A DNA stretch of 64,000 bases, taken from assembly GCA_900543415.1 (NCBI GenBank), contig UQRE01000003.1:30014-94013 (forward strand). Direction: 5' to 3'. Numbering within the stretch: position 1 is the stretch's first letter; every line of letters starts with the position of its first letter. The DNA comes from an uncultured Dorea sp. (GTDB lineage: Bacteria; Bacillota; Clostridia; Lachnospirales; Lachnospiraceae). The notes beneath the pieces are model-generated. The model did not search any database. It had not been told where the DNA came from and saw nothing but the letters and a program-made list of their open reading frames with translations. A program made the translations under genes and the position numbers. This document shows positions 48,407 to 57,870 of the stretch, one piece after another.

Positions 48407-49462
48407 CTATGAAAAATCTACGCCCATCTTAATGCTGCTTTCCGGATGCCGATCTACATATTTACAGAATCCTTCTGCACACTCTTCAAACGGAACGACC
48501 GGATCAATAATATCTTCACAGTTCAAGTATCCGTTCATCAAAAGTTCCCAACAAACATCTTCAATTCTCTTTCTGTTCCAACGTGGATATTCTGGATTCG
48601 GCTCACTGCATGCTCTGGAGAAAATAATTTTTCCATAGTTGAAGTGCGCTTCCTGTCCAAGCCATAATCCTTCCGGGAACGGTTTTGCAAATGCAACGTA
48701 TGCGATAGTTCCGTTGTATGCAAGTCCTTTTAATGCGGACTGAAGTGCATGTACGTTACCGCTTGTCTCAATGATCACATCAGCGCCCTGCTTCTCTGTC
48801 AGGCGTTTGATCTCAAGTCCTGCATCGCAAGCTGTAGAATCTAACGTATAATGAGCGCCTGTCTTTGTCGCAATCTCACGTCTCTTAGCGATCGGGTCGA
48901 TTCCGATAACAGTTGTTGCGCCAATCTTTACTGCAAGCTGAAGTGCGATCAATCCGATTGCGCCAAGACCGATAACAACTACACGGTCTCCAGGTCTTAC
49001 GTCTGCGTCGCGAATTCCGCTTAATGCAAATTGTGCCGGATCATAACAAACTGCATTTTTAGCAGATGCATCTTTGCTCATTTTACGAAGTTTATAATTG
49101 TCCACTGCATTTACAATCTGTGTTTCTTTGATCGGTCCATAAGAACATACACGATCTCCGACCTCATATTCAGTAACATCGCTTCCTTTTCCTGTAATTG
49201 TTCCCACGAACATATTACCTAATGGAAGATCTCCAAATTCGATTCCTCTTGGCTCATTCTCATCTCTTTTTGCAAATACACGCCACTCCTCATCAAACTT
49301 ACCGTCAATGAAAGGAGTTGTGCCTCTGAAATCTGCAAGCTCAGTTCCATGCTTTGGCGCTGCAAATTCCACTTTCACTTTTACCTCGTTGCTCTTAATC
49401 TCTCTGTCTTCATACTCCTTAAGCTCTGCAGTTCTTGGAGCTGTTGCTACTAATTTCTTCAT
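48407..49462 (-). CDS. MDR-family (zinc-binding alcohol/polyol dehydrogenase-like) oxidoreductase
   Basis: 351 aa with GroES-like fold and the Rossmann motif VIGLGAIGL. The overall architecture matches the sorbitol/threonine dehydrogenase family. Confidence 0.8.
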   Translation of the reverse strand: MKKLVATAPRTAELKEYEDREIKSNEVKVKVEFAAPKHGTELADFRGTTPFIDGKFDEEWRVFAKRDENEPRGIEFGDLPLGNMFVGTITGKGSDVTEYEVGDRVCSYGPIKETQIVNAVDNYKLRKMSKDASAKNAVCYDPAQFALSGIRDADVRPGDRVVVIGLGAIGLIALQLAVKIGATTVIGIDPIAKRREIATKTGAHYTLDSTACDAGLEIKRLTEKQGADVIIETSGNVHALQSALKGLAYNGTIAYVAFAKPFPEGLWLGQEAHFNYGKIIFSRACSEPNPEYPRWNRKRIEDVCWELLMNGYLNCEDIIDPVVPFEECAEGFCKYVDRHPESSIKMGVDFS

Positions 49463-49485
49463 AAAGATCCTCTCCCTTTTTTATC

Positions 49486-50334
49486 TTAACCTTTTACACC
49501 GCCGTCAGTGCTTCCGCTTCTGATCAAATGCTGGCTGAAGCCATACATAATAACAATCGGCAGTGATGTTACCAGTGATGCTGCCATCATACGTCCCCAG
49601 ATGTAATCCGGTGTATTGAACAAGGAGTTCAAACCGATCGGAATTGTCATAAGATCTGGTGAATCAATGAAAATAGATGCAAACAATACATCATTCCATG
49701 CGATCATGAAGGCATATACAAATACCGATATAATTCCGGACATGGAAAGTGGAACTACAATACGGAAAATAATTCCCATCTTGCTGAGTCCGTCTACTCT
49801 TCCGGCCTCTTCAAGCTCTGCCGGAATGGTATCAAAATAACTTCTTGTCATATAAATTGCTGTCGGCAAAGTCTGCACGATCATACAGATGATAACCGCT
49901 TCACGGCTGTTGCTAAGTCCAACTGCTGACAACATTTTGAACAATGGAACGATCAACAGGATTCCTGAGAACATATAAACTAAGAAAAACATTTCGCTGA
50001 TCGCGCTTTTCCCTTTGAATTTCAGTCTTGATAATGCGTATCCACCTAAAATACCTAAGATCACTGCGATTACAGATGTTGTAAGCGCGATATACAAGCT
50101 GTTCTTCATATATTTTACAAACGGGAAAATATTTTCATTAAATATATCAATAAAGTGCTGGATCTCCCAATCTCTTGGTATGATCGTTGGTGGATATCCA
50201 ATTGTTTCTGCTGTCGCCTTGAAGGAAATACTGAGCATGATTATAAATGGGAATAATAAGATCAGCACTATCAGGATGACACGTGCATAAAACCATATCT
50301 CTTTACCGACTTTTTTATGATTAGTCTTCTTCAA
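49486..50334 (-). CDS. Carbohydrate ABC transporter permease
   Basis: 282 aa, 6 TM, with an EAA-like loop. Confidence 0.85.
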   Translation of the reverse strand: MKKTNHKKVGKEIWFYARVILIVLILLFPFIIMLSISFKATAETIGYPPTIIPRDWEIQHFIDIFNENIFPFVKYMKNSLYIALTTSVIAVILGILGGYALSRLKFKGKSAISEMFFLVYMFSGILLIVPLFKMLSAVGLSNSREAVIICMIVQTLPTAIYMTRSYFDTIPAELEEAGRVDGLSKMGIIFRIVVPLSMSGIISVFVYAFMIAWNDVLFASIFIDSPDLMTIPIGLNSLFNTPDYIWGRMMAASLVTSLPIVIMYGFSQHLIRSGSTDGGVKG

Positions 50335-51208
50335 CTCTCAGCACCTTCTTTCTAATTAACATAATCAGGGCGAATATAAACACAAACAATACAATGGAGA
50401 TTGCTGCTGCTTTTCCAAAATCATGTGTTGCAAACGCCATATCGTAAAGGTATACACCTAATACATCCACCTGTTTTGTCAACAGATATACTTCTGTATA
50501 AATGTAGAATACCCAGATTGTTCTAAGGCTTACTACGGTTACAAGCGTAGGCTTGATCGCCGGATATGTGATGGCTTTGAATTTCTGCCATGAGGTTGCT
50601 CCGTCAATGTCTGCTGCCTCATAGAGACTGTTGTCCATAGACTGCAGAATCGCATTGAAGGAAATATATGCATATGGGAAAAATTTCCAAATTGCAAAAA
50701 TCGATACTAATATAAAGGCACTGACCGGTTGGTCGAACCAGAGAGGCGCTTTATCAACAATCCCAAATACATCAACTACAAAATAATTTACAATTCCATA
50801 AATATTATTAAACATGTACCGCCATGTGAAGATCAGGCAGACTGCCGGAACCACATAGGAAAGAATGATGATTGAATTTACTAATTTCTTTCCGAAGAAT
50901 GGACGATTTAAAAATACGGACAATGCCAGTCCTAAAACGGTACTGATTGACGTTACTACTACAGTAAATAAAAGTGTGATTGCTACGGATTTATAAAAAG
51001 ACGGGTCCGTAAATACATCAATAAAGTTTTGTAATCCTACAAATTCTGAAGGCAGATTCGGATTCAGCGGAACATCCTGACAACTGATCACTATGTTATA
51101 AATAAGCGGGTAGCCGATCAGCAGCACCAATAGGATAATACTTGGTGACAGGAGTGCATATGCAAATTTTGTATCACTTCCTCCAAGCTTCTTTTTCTTT
51201 ACACTCAT
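50321..51208 (-). CDS. Carbohydrate ABC transporter permease
   Basis: 295 aa, 6 TM, MalF/UgpA-like. It overlaps the downstream permease by 14 nt. Confidence 0.85.
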   Translation of the reverse strand: MSVKKKKLGGSDTKFAYALLSPSIILLVLLIGYPLIYNIVISCQDVPLNPNLPSEFVGLQNFIDVFTDPSFYKSVAITLLFTVVVTSISTVLGLALSVFLNRPFFGKKLVNSIIILSYVVPAVCLIFTWRYMFNNIYGIVNYFVVDVFGIVDKAPLWFDQPVSAFILVSIFAIWKFFPYAYISFNAILQSMDNSLYEAADIDGATSWQKFKAITYPAIKPTLVTVVSLRTIWVFYIYTEVYLLTKQVDVLGVYLYDMAFATHDFGKAAAISIVLFVFIFALIMLIRKKVLRVEED

Positions 51209-51266
51209 TTTTCATCTTCCTTTGCAAATGGTTGGGAGAGGAAGATTCCTCTCCCTGGATTCAATA

Positions 51267-52568
51267 TTATTTCATCAGGCCTTCCACTGCTGTCTGTGCT
51301 GTTTTCAGTTCTGCATCTACATCTGCGTTCTGTACAACTACGTTGTTAACCATCTTACTGATCGCACCTGTATTTGTAACATCACCCATCTCTGTAAAGT
51401 TCTTACCGTCAACAGCTCCAAATAACTGAAGGTTTGCTACTGCGTTCGCAATTTCTTCGTTCATATGAACATATGCTTTTCTTTCTTCCAGCTCTGTGTA
51501 TTCCGGCATTTCATCCACAGATTTGATTACCGGCTGAATTCCGCCCGGAGCCATGTTGAGCCAGTCAACGTTGTTCTCATCTTCTAACATAAAGCTTACA
51601 AATTTTTTCGCAGCATCTGTCTTAGCTTCGTCCATACCAGCAGCGATACCAAGAACTGTAATACATCCGTAAGCAGCCTCAGATTTTCTGTTTGGAAGAA
51701 CTAATGTAAGATCTTCAGCAAATCCTGCCTCTTTTACATTACCGAGAATGTAAGTAGAATACATAGCCATTGGTGTGTGTTTACCTACAAATGCGTCATT
51801 AACATCTGCCACTTCTGTAGATCCCGGCATAGAAAGTGCTGCAAGCTCTTTATAGTACTCTAATGCTTCTTTCATCTCAGGTGTATCAACGGTTACTTTT
51901 TTATCTCCGTCAAATACGTTTGCTCCGTTAGAAAGTGCGAACTGAGAGAATACCTGCTCTGTAAATGCACTGTCAGAAGTCGGAAGTGCGATACCATACA
52001 TCTGGTTATTCGGATCATGGAAAGCTTCTGCAACTTTTAATACTTCTTCCCATGTTGTCGGAACTGCTAAGTTCTTCTCTGCTAACATTGCTTCATTTAC
52101 CCAGATACCCTGTACCCAGCTGCTCACCGGAACACCAACATAGCTTGCGCCATCTTCTGTTTTTGTTACTTTTAATGCTCCTTCATAGAAAGCATCTTCA
52201 CCTTTTGCATCAATAACTTCTTTTACTGCATCTACGTCTGTAAACTGGTTTGCTACGCTTGTCTTAGCCTGATCCTGGCTGTACTCTACAACTGCTGCAA
52301 GCTCACCATTTCCACCCTGTGTTGCAATTTTAGAATCATAGTCGTCCTCATTTACCGGAACAGACTCAACAACGATATCCGGATTTGCTTCCTGGAACTT
52401 GTCGATAAGCGCCTGAACAGCATCCTGTCTCTCCTGCTCTACCTGCATGTGCATAAACTGAATATGCACTTTCCCATCTTTGGACTCTTCGGACTTCTTG
52501 CCGCATCCTGCAACCATTGTTGCTGCCATTGCTGTAATAAGCAATGCACTGATTAATCTTTTTTTCAT
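51267..52568 (-). CDS. ABC transporter sugar-binding lipoprotein
   Basis: 433 aa with a signal peptide and the lipobox MVAGCG. Family-1 extracellular solute-binding fold. Confidence 0.85.
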   Translation of the reverse strand: MKKRLISALLITAMAATMVAGCGKKSEESKDGKVHIQFMHMQVEQERQDAVQALIDKFQEANPDIVVESVPVNEDDYDSKIATQGGNGELAAVVEYSQDQAKTSVANQFTDVDAVKEVIDAKGEDAFYEGALKVTKTEDGASYVGVPVSSWVQGIWVNEAMLAEKNLAVPTTWEEVLKVAEAFHDPNNQMYGIALPTSDSAFTEQVFSQFALSNGANVFDGDKKVTVDTPEMKEALEYYKELAALSMPGSTEVADVNDAFVGKHTPMAMYSTYILGNVKEAGFAEDLTLVLPNRKSEAAYGCITVLGIAAGMDEAKTDAAKKFVSFMLEDENNVDWLNMAPGGIQPVIKSVDEMPEYTELEERKAYVHMNEEIANAVANLQLFGAVDGKNFTEMGDVTNTGAISKMVNNVVVQNADVDAELKTAQTAVEGLMK

Positions 52569-52619
52569 AATCTTTCTCTCCTTTTTTTGTTTTATTGTTA
52601 ACAGGAAATCTCTTCTCTG

Positions 52620-54314
52620 TTACAAGCGTGATTCCTTTACCCATGCACACTCCCATGCATTTAAGGTAAGTTCTCCTTCCACATTTTTACCTGTCAGAAG
52701 GTCGCATCCATTTAATTCTTCATAAGCGATATGCTGTTCTTTTCCTGATACATTGATCAATACATGGATACGTTCTTTTGTTGTTTTGTTTTCTCTGATA
52801 AAGCTGATCACCTGTTCATTGAGCTTCAGCACTTTCTGACCGGCCTGCGGTGAAAACGCACTTTCTTCGCGTCGGATGTTCAGTCTTCCTACCAAAGCAT
52901 CGAAAATCTCTTTTCGATTGGTGCCTTCCGTCAATTGATTTTCCAATGTCTGATACTCCAGCTTTTCTCTGTTGATTCTTCGCGGAATCCCGGAAACCGT
53001 TTTTCCATAATAGTCATTTCTGGAACCAAGCAGGCTGTGAATATAGATTCCCGGCACCCCTTGCAGTGAGAACAATAATGTTTCTGCCGCAACAAATTTA
53101 CTGATTCTTTCTCTGTCTGAACATTCCGGACCTGCAAGCGCATCCTGATAGTTAATATTTAACTCATACGGACTCTTCGTTCCGTCCCCGTTATCTTTAT
53201 AAGAAACAACGCCACCGTGTTTTAATGTCGCCTCCAACAAGACATTTCTCTCTTCTTCTGTAAGTATCCCTTCTGTTGGTCTCACTCCGATTCCATCGTG
53301 GGAACTTAAGAAGTTAAAGTATGTAACCTTATCATTTGGAAGCTCCAGTGTTTCTATCCAGTTTAAAAGAATTTTCGCATTTTCGGAAAGGAACGTATAC
53401 ATCGTAAGCGGCGGAAGAGGGAACTGATATACAAGATCTGCCTCGTCTCCATTTTCTCCGAAATAACTGATGTTGTCCTTGTGCGGAACATTCGTCTCCG
53501 TAATAATTCTTGTTCCCGGAGCGTATACTTTTAACACATCTTTCATTAATTTGATAAGCTCATGTGTCTCCGGAAGATGCATACATGTTGTTCCTAATTC
53601 TTTCCACATGAATCCAATCGCATCCAGACGGATGAATTTAGCGCCGCTTCTTCCATACATAACAAGGATATCCAGAATCTCTGCCAACAACTCCGGGCAC
53701 TCAAAGTTCAGATCGATCTGATCGTCACTAAAGGTTGTCCACACATACTTTTCTCCGTCTTTTGTCTCAAATCTTGTCAACAGAGGAAGCGCTCTTGGAC
53801 GTGTAACCGTACTGTAATCAGCATCTTTATCACAGGTGATAAAATAATTCTTATAAGGCTCTTCGCCTTTCAAATATCCTTCAAACCATTCGCTGCTTTT
53901 TGAAATGTGGTTGATCACCGCATCAAACATTAACCCGTAATCAGAAGACATCTCTTTAATCTGTTCCCAGTCTCCAAGCTCCGGGTTGATCTTTCTATAA
54001 TCTACAACAGAAAATCCATCGTCCGATGTATACGGATACATTGGAAGAAGGTGAACTGTCTCAATCGCCTCACCCACATATTTATTCAGAAATTGATGCA
54101 AAACCTCCAGTCCCGGTTTCTCGCCATCTGTGATCGTATCCCCGTATGTAATCAGGATACTGTCTTTCTCTGAAAGCGGTGTCTCTAAAGCTTCTGTCGT
54201 TTCGTATCCGTTAAGTCGCTCATCGATCAGCTTTGTCGCAGCTTCTGCTTTCTCTTCGCTTTTGTATACACGAACAATCCTCTCTTTTATTTGTTTCTTC
54301 AAACTGTCTTTCAT
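52620..54314 (-). CDS. GH13_18 sucrose-phosphorylase-family glucoside phosphorylase
   Basis: 564 aa with the GH13 catalytic regions (FIRLDAIGFMW nucleophile region, ITETNVPH). Length and fold are typical of sucrose, glucosylglycerate or glucosylglycerol phosphorylases. Confidence 0.85.
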   Translation of the reverse strand: MKDSLKKQIKERIVRVYKSEEKAEAATKLIDERLNGYETTEALETPLSEKDSILITYGDTITDGEKPGLEVLHQFLNKYVGEAIETVHLLPMYPYTSDDGFSVVDYRKINPELGDWEQIKEMSSDYGLMFDAVINHISKSSEWFEGYLKGEEPYKNYFITCDKDADYSTVTRPRALPLLTRFETKDGEKYVWTTFSDDQIDLNFECPELLAEILDILVMYGRSGAKFIRLDAIGFMWKELGTTCMHLPETHELIKLMKDVLKVYAPGTRIITETNVPHKDNISYFGENGDEADLVYQFPLPPLTMYTFLSENAKILLNWIETLELPNDKVTYFNFLSSHDGIGVRPTEGILTEEERNVLLEATLKHGGVVSYKDNGDGTKSPYELNINYQDALAGPECSDRERISKFVAAETLLFSLQGVPGIYIHSLLGSRNDYYGKTVSGIPRRINREKLEYQTLENQLTEGTNRKEIFDALVGRLNIRREESAFSPQAGQKVLKLNEQVISFIRENKTTKERIHVLINVSGKEQHIAYEELNGCDLLTGKNVEGELTLNAWECAWVKESRL

Positions 54315-54373
54315 CTTTTTTTCTCACTCTTTTCTTTTTATAAGCAACATTCTCTTACTGTTTTGTCTATTAT

Positions 54374-54441
54374 TGACAACGTTGTCTTATTGTTTTTTTC
54401 GTGACAACCCTATCCTGTCTCTCGACTTGACAACGTTGTCA
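54374..54441. promoter_or_regulatory. Two LacI-family operator palindromes upstream of the GH13_18 operon
   Basis: Perfect 14-bp palindrome TGACAACGTTGTCA at 54428-54441 and a 13-of-14 copy at 54374-54387. A half-site tgacaac lies at 54403. Confidence 0.5.
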
Positions 54442-54498
54442 CGTTTTGCCCTATTTAACGCTCTCCGCATTCGTGGAGAGCGCATCTTTTTCATCTAA

Positions 54499-55497
54499 CT
54501 ATGTAGATTCTCTCTCTATCACTTTGCATGGGAATTTAAAACTTTTATTTTCATCTTCACCATTACTTATTCGATCGATCACATAATCAATACAACATTT
54601 TGCAAGCTTTTCAAAGTCTTGTTCCACCGTAGAGATCGGCGGATAATAATATTCTCCTAATGTAATATTATCAATGCCGAGTACGGCAATATCCTTCGGG
54701 ATCGCTAATCCCTTCTCGTAGATTGCCCGGTATACTCCAAGCGCTCTTTCATCACCTGAGACGAAAAAGGCATTGACTTCGTGCGTATCCAAGACTTCTT
54801 TTGCTTTATTATAAGCCTTCTTCACCGTATCGAGCCCTGTAAATATGTGGTAATCTGTTTTCTGCTCTTTCATCGCAGCTTCGAATCCCTTTACACGGTT
54901 CTGGGTAGATAAAAATTTCTTCTCTCCTATAAACAGAGCAATCTTATTGAGATTCTTTTCCGCTAAATATCGTCCGCCCTGGTAGCCCACATCATAGTTA
55001 TCCAAGCTGACCGATGGAACATCCGGATTCTCCGGTTCTCCAAACACGACATACGGAATGTCGTGACTCTCAAAATAATCCACTCGAGGATCCTGTAAAA
55101 TATTCTCGAGTAATATTGCGCCATCTGCAATTCCACTGGCGATCAGATAGAAGCCATCTGTCTCGTCTTCTTCAAAGCGTTCACTACTTGATGGCGAAAG
55201 GACAATTTTCATAGAACGCTTCTTTGCATATGTGAATAAATGCTTTAACATAATTGTATGCCAAATACTCAAATGCTCTTCATGGTGACGCTCGGCAAAT
55301 ACTACGATAATATTCGTCCGACTTCCTTTTAAGCCACGGGCAAGCATATTCACCTGATATCCCTGCTCCTTAATTGTATTCATGACTTTTTCTCTCATTC
55401 CGGCACTGACATTCGGGCTGTTGTTCAACACTCTGGATACCGACTTGATCGATACTCCGCAGGCATTGGCTATATCAACAATTGTCACATTTCCCAC
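54499..55497 (-). CDS. LacI-family transcriptional regulator
   Basis: 332 aa with an N-terminal HTH (VTIVDIANACGVSIKSVSRVLN) and a periplasmic-binding-protein-like sugar-binding domain. Confidence 0.9.
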   Translation of the reverse strand: MGNVTIVDIANACGVSIKSVSRVLNNSPNVSAGMREKVMNTIKEQGYQVNMLARGLKGSRTNIIVVFAERHHEEHLSIWHTIMLKHLFTYAKKRSMKIVLSPSSSERFEEDETDGFYLIASGIADGAILLENILQDPRVDYFESHDIPYVVFGEPENPDVPSVSLDNYDVGYQGGRYLAEKNLNKIALFIGEKKFLSTQNRVKGFEAAMKEQKTDYHIFTGLDTVKKAYNKAKEVLDTHEVNAFFVSGDERALGVYRAIYEKGLAIPKDIAVLGIDNITLGEYYYPPISTVEQDFEKLAKCCIDYVIDRISNGEDENKSFKFPCKVIEREST

Positions 55498-55674
55498 TTG
55501 ACATCACCCCTCTTTGTCCTACGTTGTCATTATAGTTCCTTTCTTATCTTTTTTCAACCCTCTTTTGACTTTTCAGCATAACTGGCAAATTCGCACCACT
55601 GTTTTTGTTCACTTGTCACAAAAATCGTCTCATTTCTTCTTATGCATATTTGACTATCTCACACTATTATAAAC

Positions 55675-55710
55675 AAAGGGAGCATATCACTTGACTGATA
55701 TGCTCCCTTT
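55675..55710 (-). terminator. Putative terminator after V-ATPase operon
   Basis: 15-bp stem aaagggagcatatca/tgatatgctcccttt with a 6-nt loop. U/A-rich flanks. Confidence 0.5.
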
Positions 55711-55723
55711 GTTATTCTTTTCC

Positions 55724-56383
55724 CTATGCTCTCTCACTATAGTGATGTGCTTCTTCAAGCATCATATCTTTTACTTTCATCAAACGAATCTGGGAACTTC
55801 TCTCATTCTCATCCAGCTTCATTGTGATATATTTGATCGTTGCCTGAGCCTCCGGAATCGTCACATGCTCCAGCGCATTTACACGACGTCTCGTCTTCTC
55901 AATCTCCGCCGCCATGAGCTGACATGCTTTTTCTGTCTCTGCAAGCTTCAACATATCCGGCAGAATATCTGCCAATGATTTTACCGCACCATCCAGATCA
56001 CTGGAAGTAAATGCGAATCCATAAGAATAAATGTCGTTGGCATCCGCTGTCCTTGTCTTTGTCTCATAGACCGGGATATCAACACTCATAACATTTTTCT
56101 GTTCTACATTCAGATTCACTTCCTGCTTCGGTGCCATCAATGCTGTATTTAATGTAGCTTCGTCCATGCCTGCCTTCGCTATGACAAAATTCTTATTTGC
56201 AGAGAGGATTCCGGCTTCTACTTTTTTTCTAAGCGCCATGTTCTCCTTGACCAGTTCCAGAAACTGACGCATCAGCTCGTCTCGCTTATCTTTCAGAAGT
56301 TTGTGTCCTCTTCTGGCTGTAACAAGCTTTTTCTTTGTTTTTGTCAGCTCCATACGGGTAGGAGTAATCTGCTTTTTAGCCAT
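55724..56383 (-). CDS. ntpD: V-type ATP synthase subunit D
   Basis: 219 aa central-stalk coiled-coil subunit with a conserved N-terminus (TRMELTKTKKKL). Confidence 0.9.
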   Translation of the reverse strand: MAKKQITPTRMELTKTKKKLVTARRGHKLLKDKRDELMRQFLELVKENMALRKKVEAGILSANKNFVIAKAGMDEATLNTALMAPKQEVNLNVEQKNVMSVDIPVYETKTRTADANDIYSYGFAFTSSDLDGAVKSLADILPDMLKLAETEKACQLMAAEIEKTRRRVNALEHVTIPEAQATIKYITMKLDENERSSQIRLMKVKDMMLEEAHHYSERA

Positions 56384-56427
56384 CGTTTTCCTCCTTCATT
56401 TGGGTTTGCTGCGGGCTTGCGCCCTAT

Positions 56428-56487
56428 ACAGATATAGAAAAGTTCTCATTTGCAAGCAAGCTTGCATGATACCTTTTCTATATCTGT
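56428..56487 (-). other. Two-tier hairpin in the ntpB-ntpD intercistronic region
   Basis: Perfect 15-bp arms acagatatagaaaag (56428-56442) and cttttctatatctgt (56473-56487). They enclose the palindrome tgcaag-caag-cttgca. Confidence 0.5.
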
Positions 56488-56494
56488 GCATGGC

Positions 56495-57868
56495 TTATTG
56501 CTTTCCATAATACATATCTAAGAATTTGTCGTCGATACGTTTCAGTTCTGCTCTTGGCAGCATAGACAGAAGTTTCCAGCCGATTTCCAATGTTTCTTCT
56601 ATGGATCGATCTGTGTTATACCCCTGAGATACGTATTCTTTCTCGAAGGCTTCTGCAAATTCTGCGTATTTCAGATCTATTTCTGTAAGCGCTGCCTCTC
56701 CGAGAATTGTCATCAGCTCTTTGGCATCTTTACCACGAGAGTATGCTGCAAATAACTGGTTCATCGTGTTGGAATGGTCTGCTCTTGTCTTTCCTTCTCC
56801 GATACCTTTATCTTTCAGACGGGAAAGTGACGGTAATACATCGATTGGCGGCTGCAATCCCTTTCGGTACAGCTCACGGCTTAAGATTACCTGTCCCTCT
56901 GTAATATATCCGGTAAGGTCCGGAATCGGATGTGTCTTATCATCCTCTGGCATTGTAAGAATCGGGATCATTGTGATACTTCCGTTCTTACCTCTCTGAC
57001 GACCGGCTCTCTCATACATGGTCGCAAGGTCTGTGTACATATAACCCGGATATCCACGACGTCCCGGAACCTCTTTCTTCGCTGCGGAAATCTCACGAAG
57101 TGCGTCTGCATAGTTTGTAATATCTGTCAAGATAACCAATACATGCATATCTTTCTCAAACGCCAGATATTCTGCCGCAGTCAGCGCCATACGAGGTGTG
57201 GAAATACGCTCAACCGCCGGGTCATTTGCCAGGTTAATAAACAACACGGTTCGGTCAATTGCTCCTGTCTCTTTGAAAGACTCTATGAAATAGTTGGACT
57301 CTTCAAATGTAATACCCATAGCGGCAAATACAACCGCGAATTTTTCGTCTGTGCCGCGTACTTTCGCCTGTCTTGCAATCTGAGCCGCCAACTGAGAATG
57401 TGGCAGACCGGAACAAGAGAAGATTGGCAGTTTCTGTCCACGAACCAATGTATTCAGTCCGTCAATAGCAGATACTCCGGTCTGGATAAATTCCTCCGGA
57501 TATACTCTTGCCGCCGGGTTCATCGGAAGACCGTTGATATCTCTTCTTTCTTCCGGCAAAATCTCCGGACCATCATCAATCGGACGTCCAAGTCCATCGA
57601 AGACACGTCCAAGCATATCGCCGGACACACCCAGTTCCATTGTTCGTCCAAGAAAACGCACTTTACTGTTACTCAAATTAATACCGGCTGCATTTTCATA
57701 GAGCTGTACAACTACATTGTCTCCATCTACTTCCAGCACTTTACAACGACGTTTTTCTCCACTGGCAAGCTCGATTTCTCCAAGCTCATCAAAGGTAACG
57801 CCCTCTACTCCTTTTACCATCATCAGCGGTCCGGCAACTTCCTGTATGGTTCTATATTCTTTTGGCAT
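56495..57868 (-). CDS. ntpB: V-type ATP synthase subunit B
   Basis: 457 aa non-catalytic nucleotide-binding subunit. Confidence 0.95.
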   Translation of the reverse strand: MPKEYRTIQEVAGPLMMVKGVEGVTFDELGEIELASGEKRRCKVLEVDGDNVVVQLYENAAGINLSNSKVRFLGRTMELGVSGDMLGRVFDGLGRPIDDGPEILPEERRDINGLPMNPAARVYPEEFIQTGVSAIDGLNTLVRGQKLPIFSCSGLPHSQLAAQIARQAKVRGTDEKFAVVFAAMGITFEESNYFIESFKETGAIDRTVLFINLANDPAVERISTPRMALTAAEYLAFEKDMHVLVILTDITNYADALREISAAKKEVPGRRGYPGYMYTDLATMYERAGRQRGKNGSITMIPILTMPEDDKTHPIPDLTGYITEGQVILSRELYRKGLQPPIDVLPSLSRLKDKGIGEGKTRADHSNTMNQLFAAYSRGKDAKELMTILGEAALTEIDLKYAEFAEAFEKEYVSQGYNTDRSIEETLEIGWKLLSMLPRAELKRIDDKFLDMYYGKQ

Positions 57869-57870
57869 AA

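Noticed and set aside
52366-52656. 96-aa minus-strand ORF bridging the SBP start and GH13_18 end
   Set aside because: It overlaps two well-supported genes in alternate frames. The overlap with the substrate-binding protein start makes it implausible.
54455-54490. Hairpin cgctctcc-gcattcgt-ggagagcg downstream of lacI
   Set aside because: The T-run is on the plus strand, where no gene ends, so it sits in the wrong orientation for lacI. It may be a weak lacI terminator but the support is too ambiguous to list.
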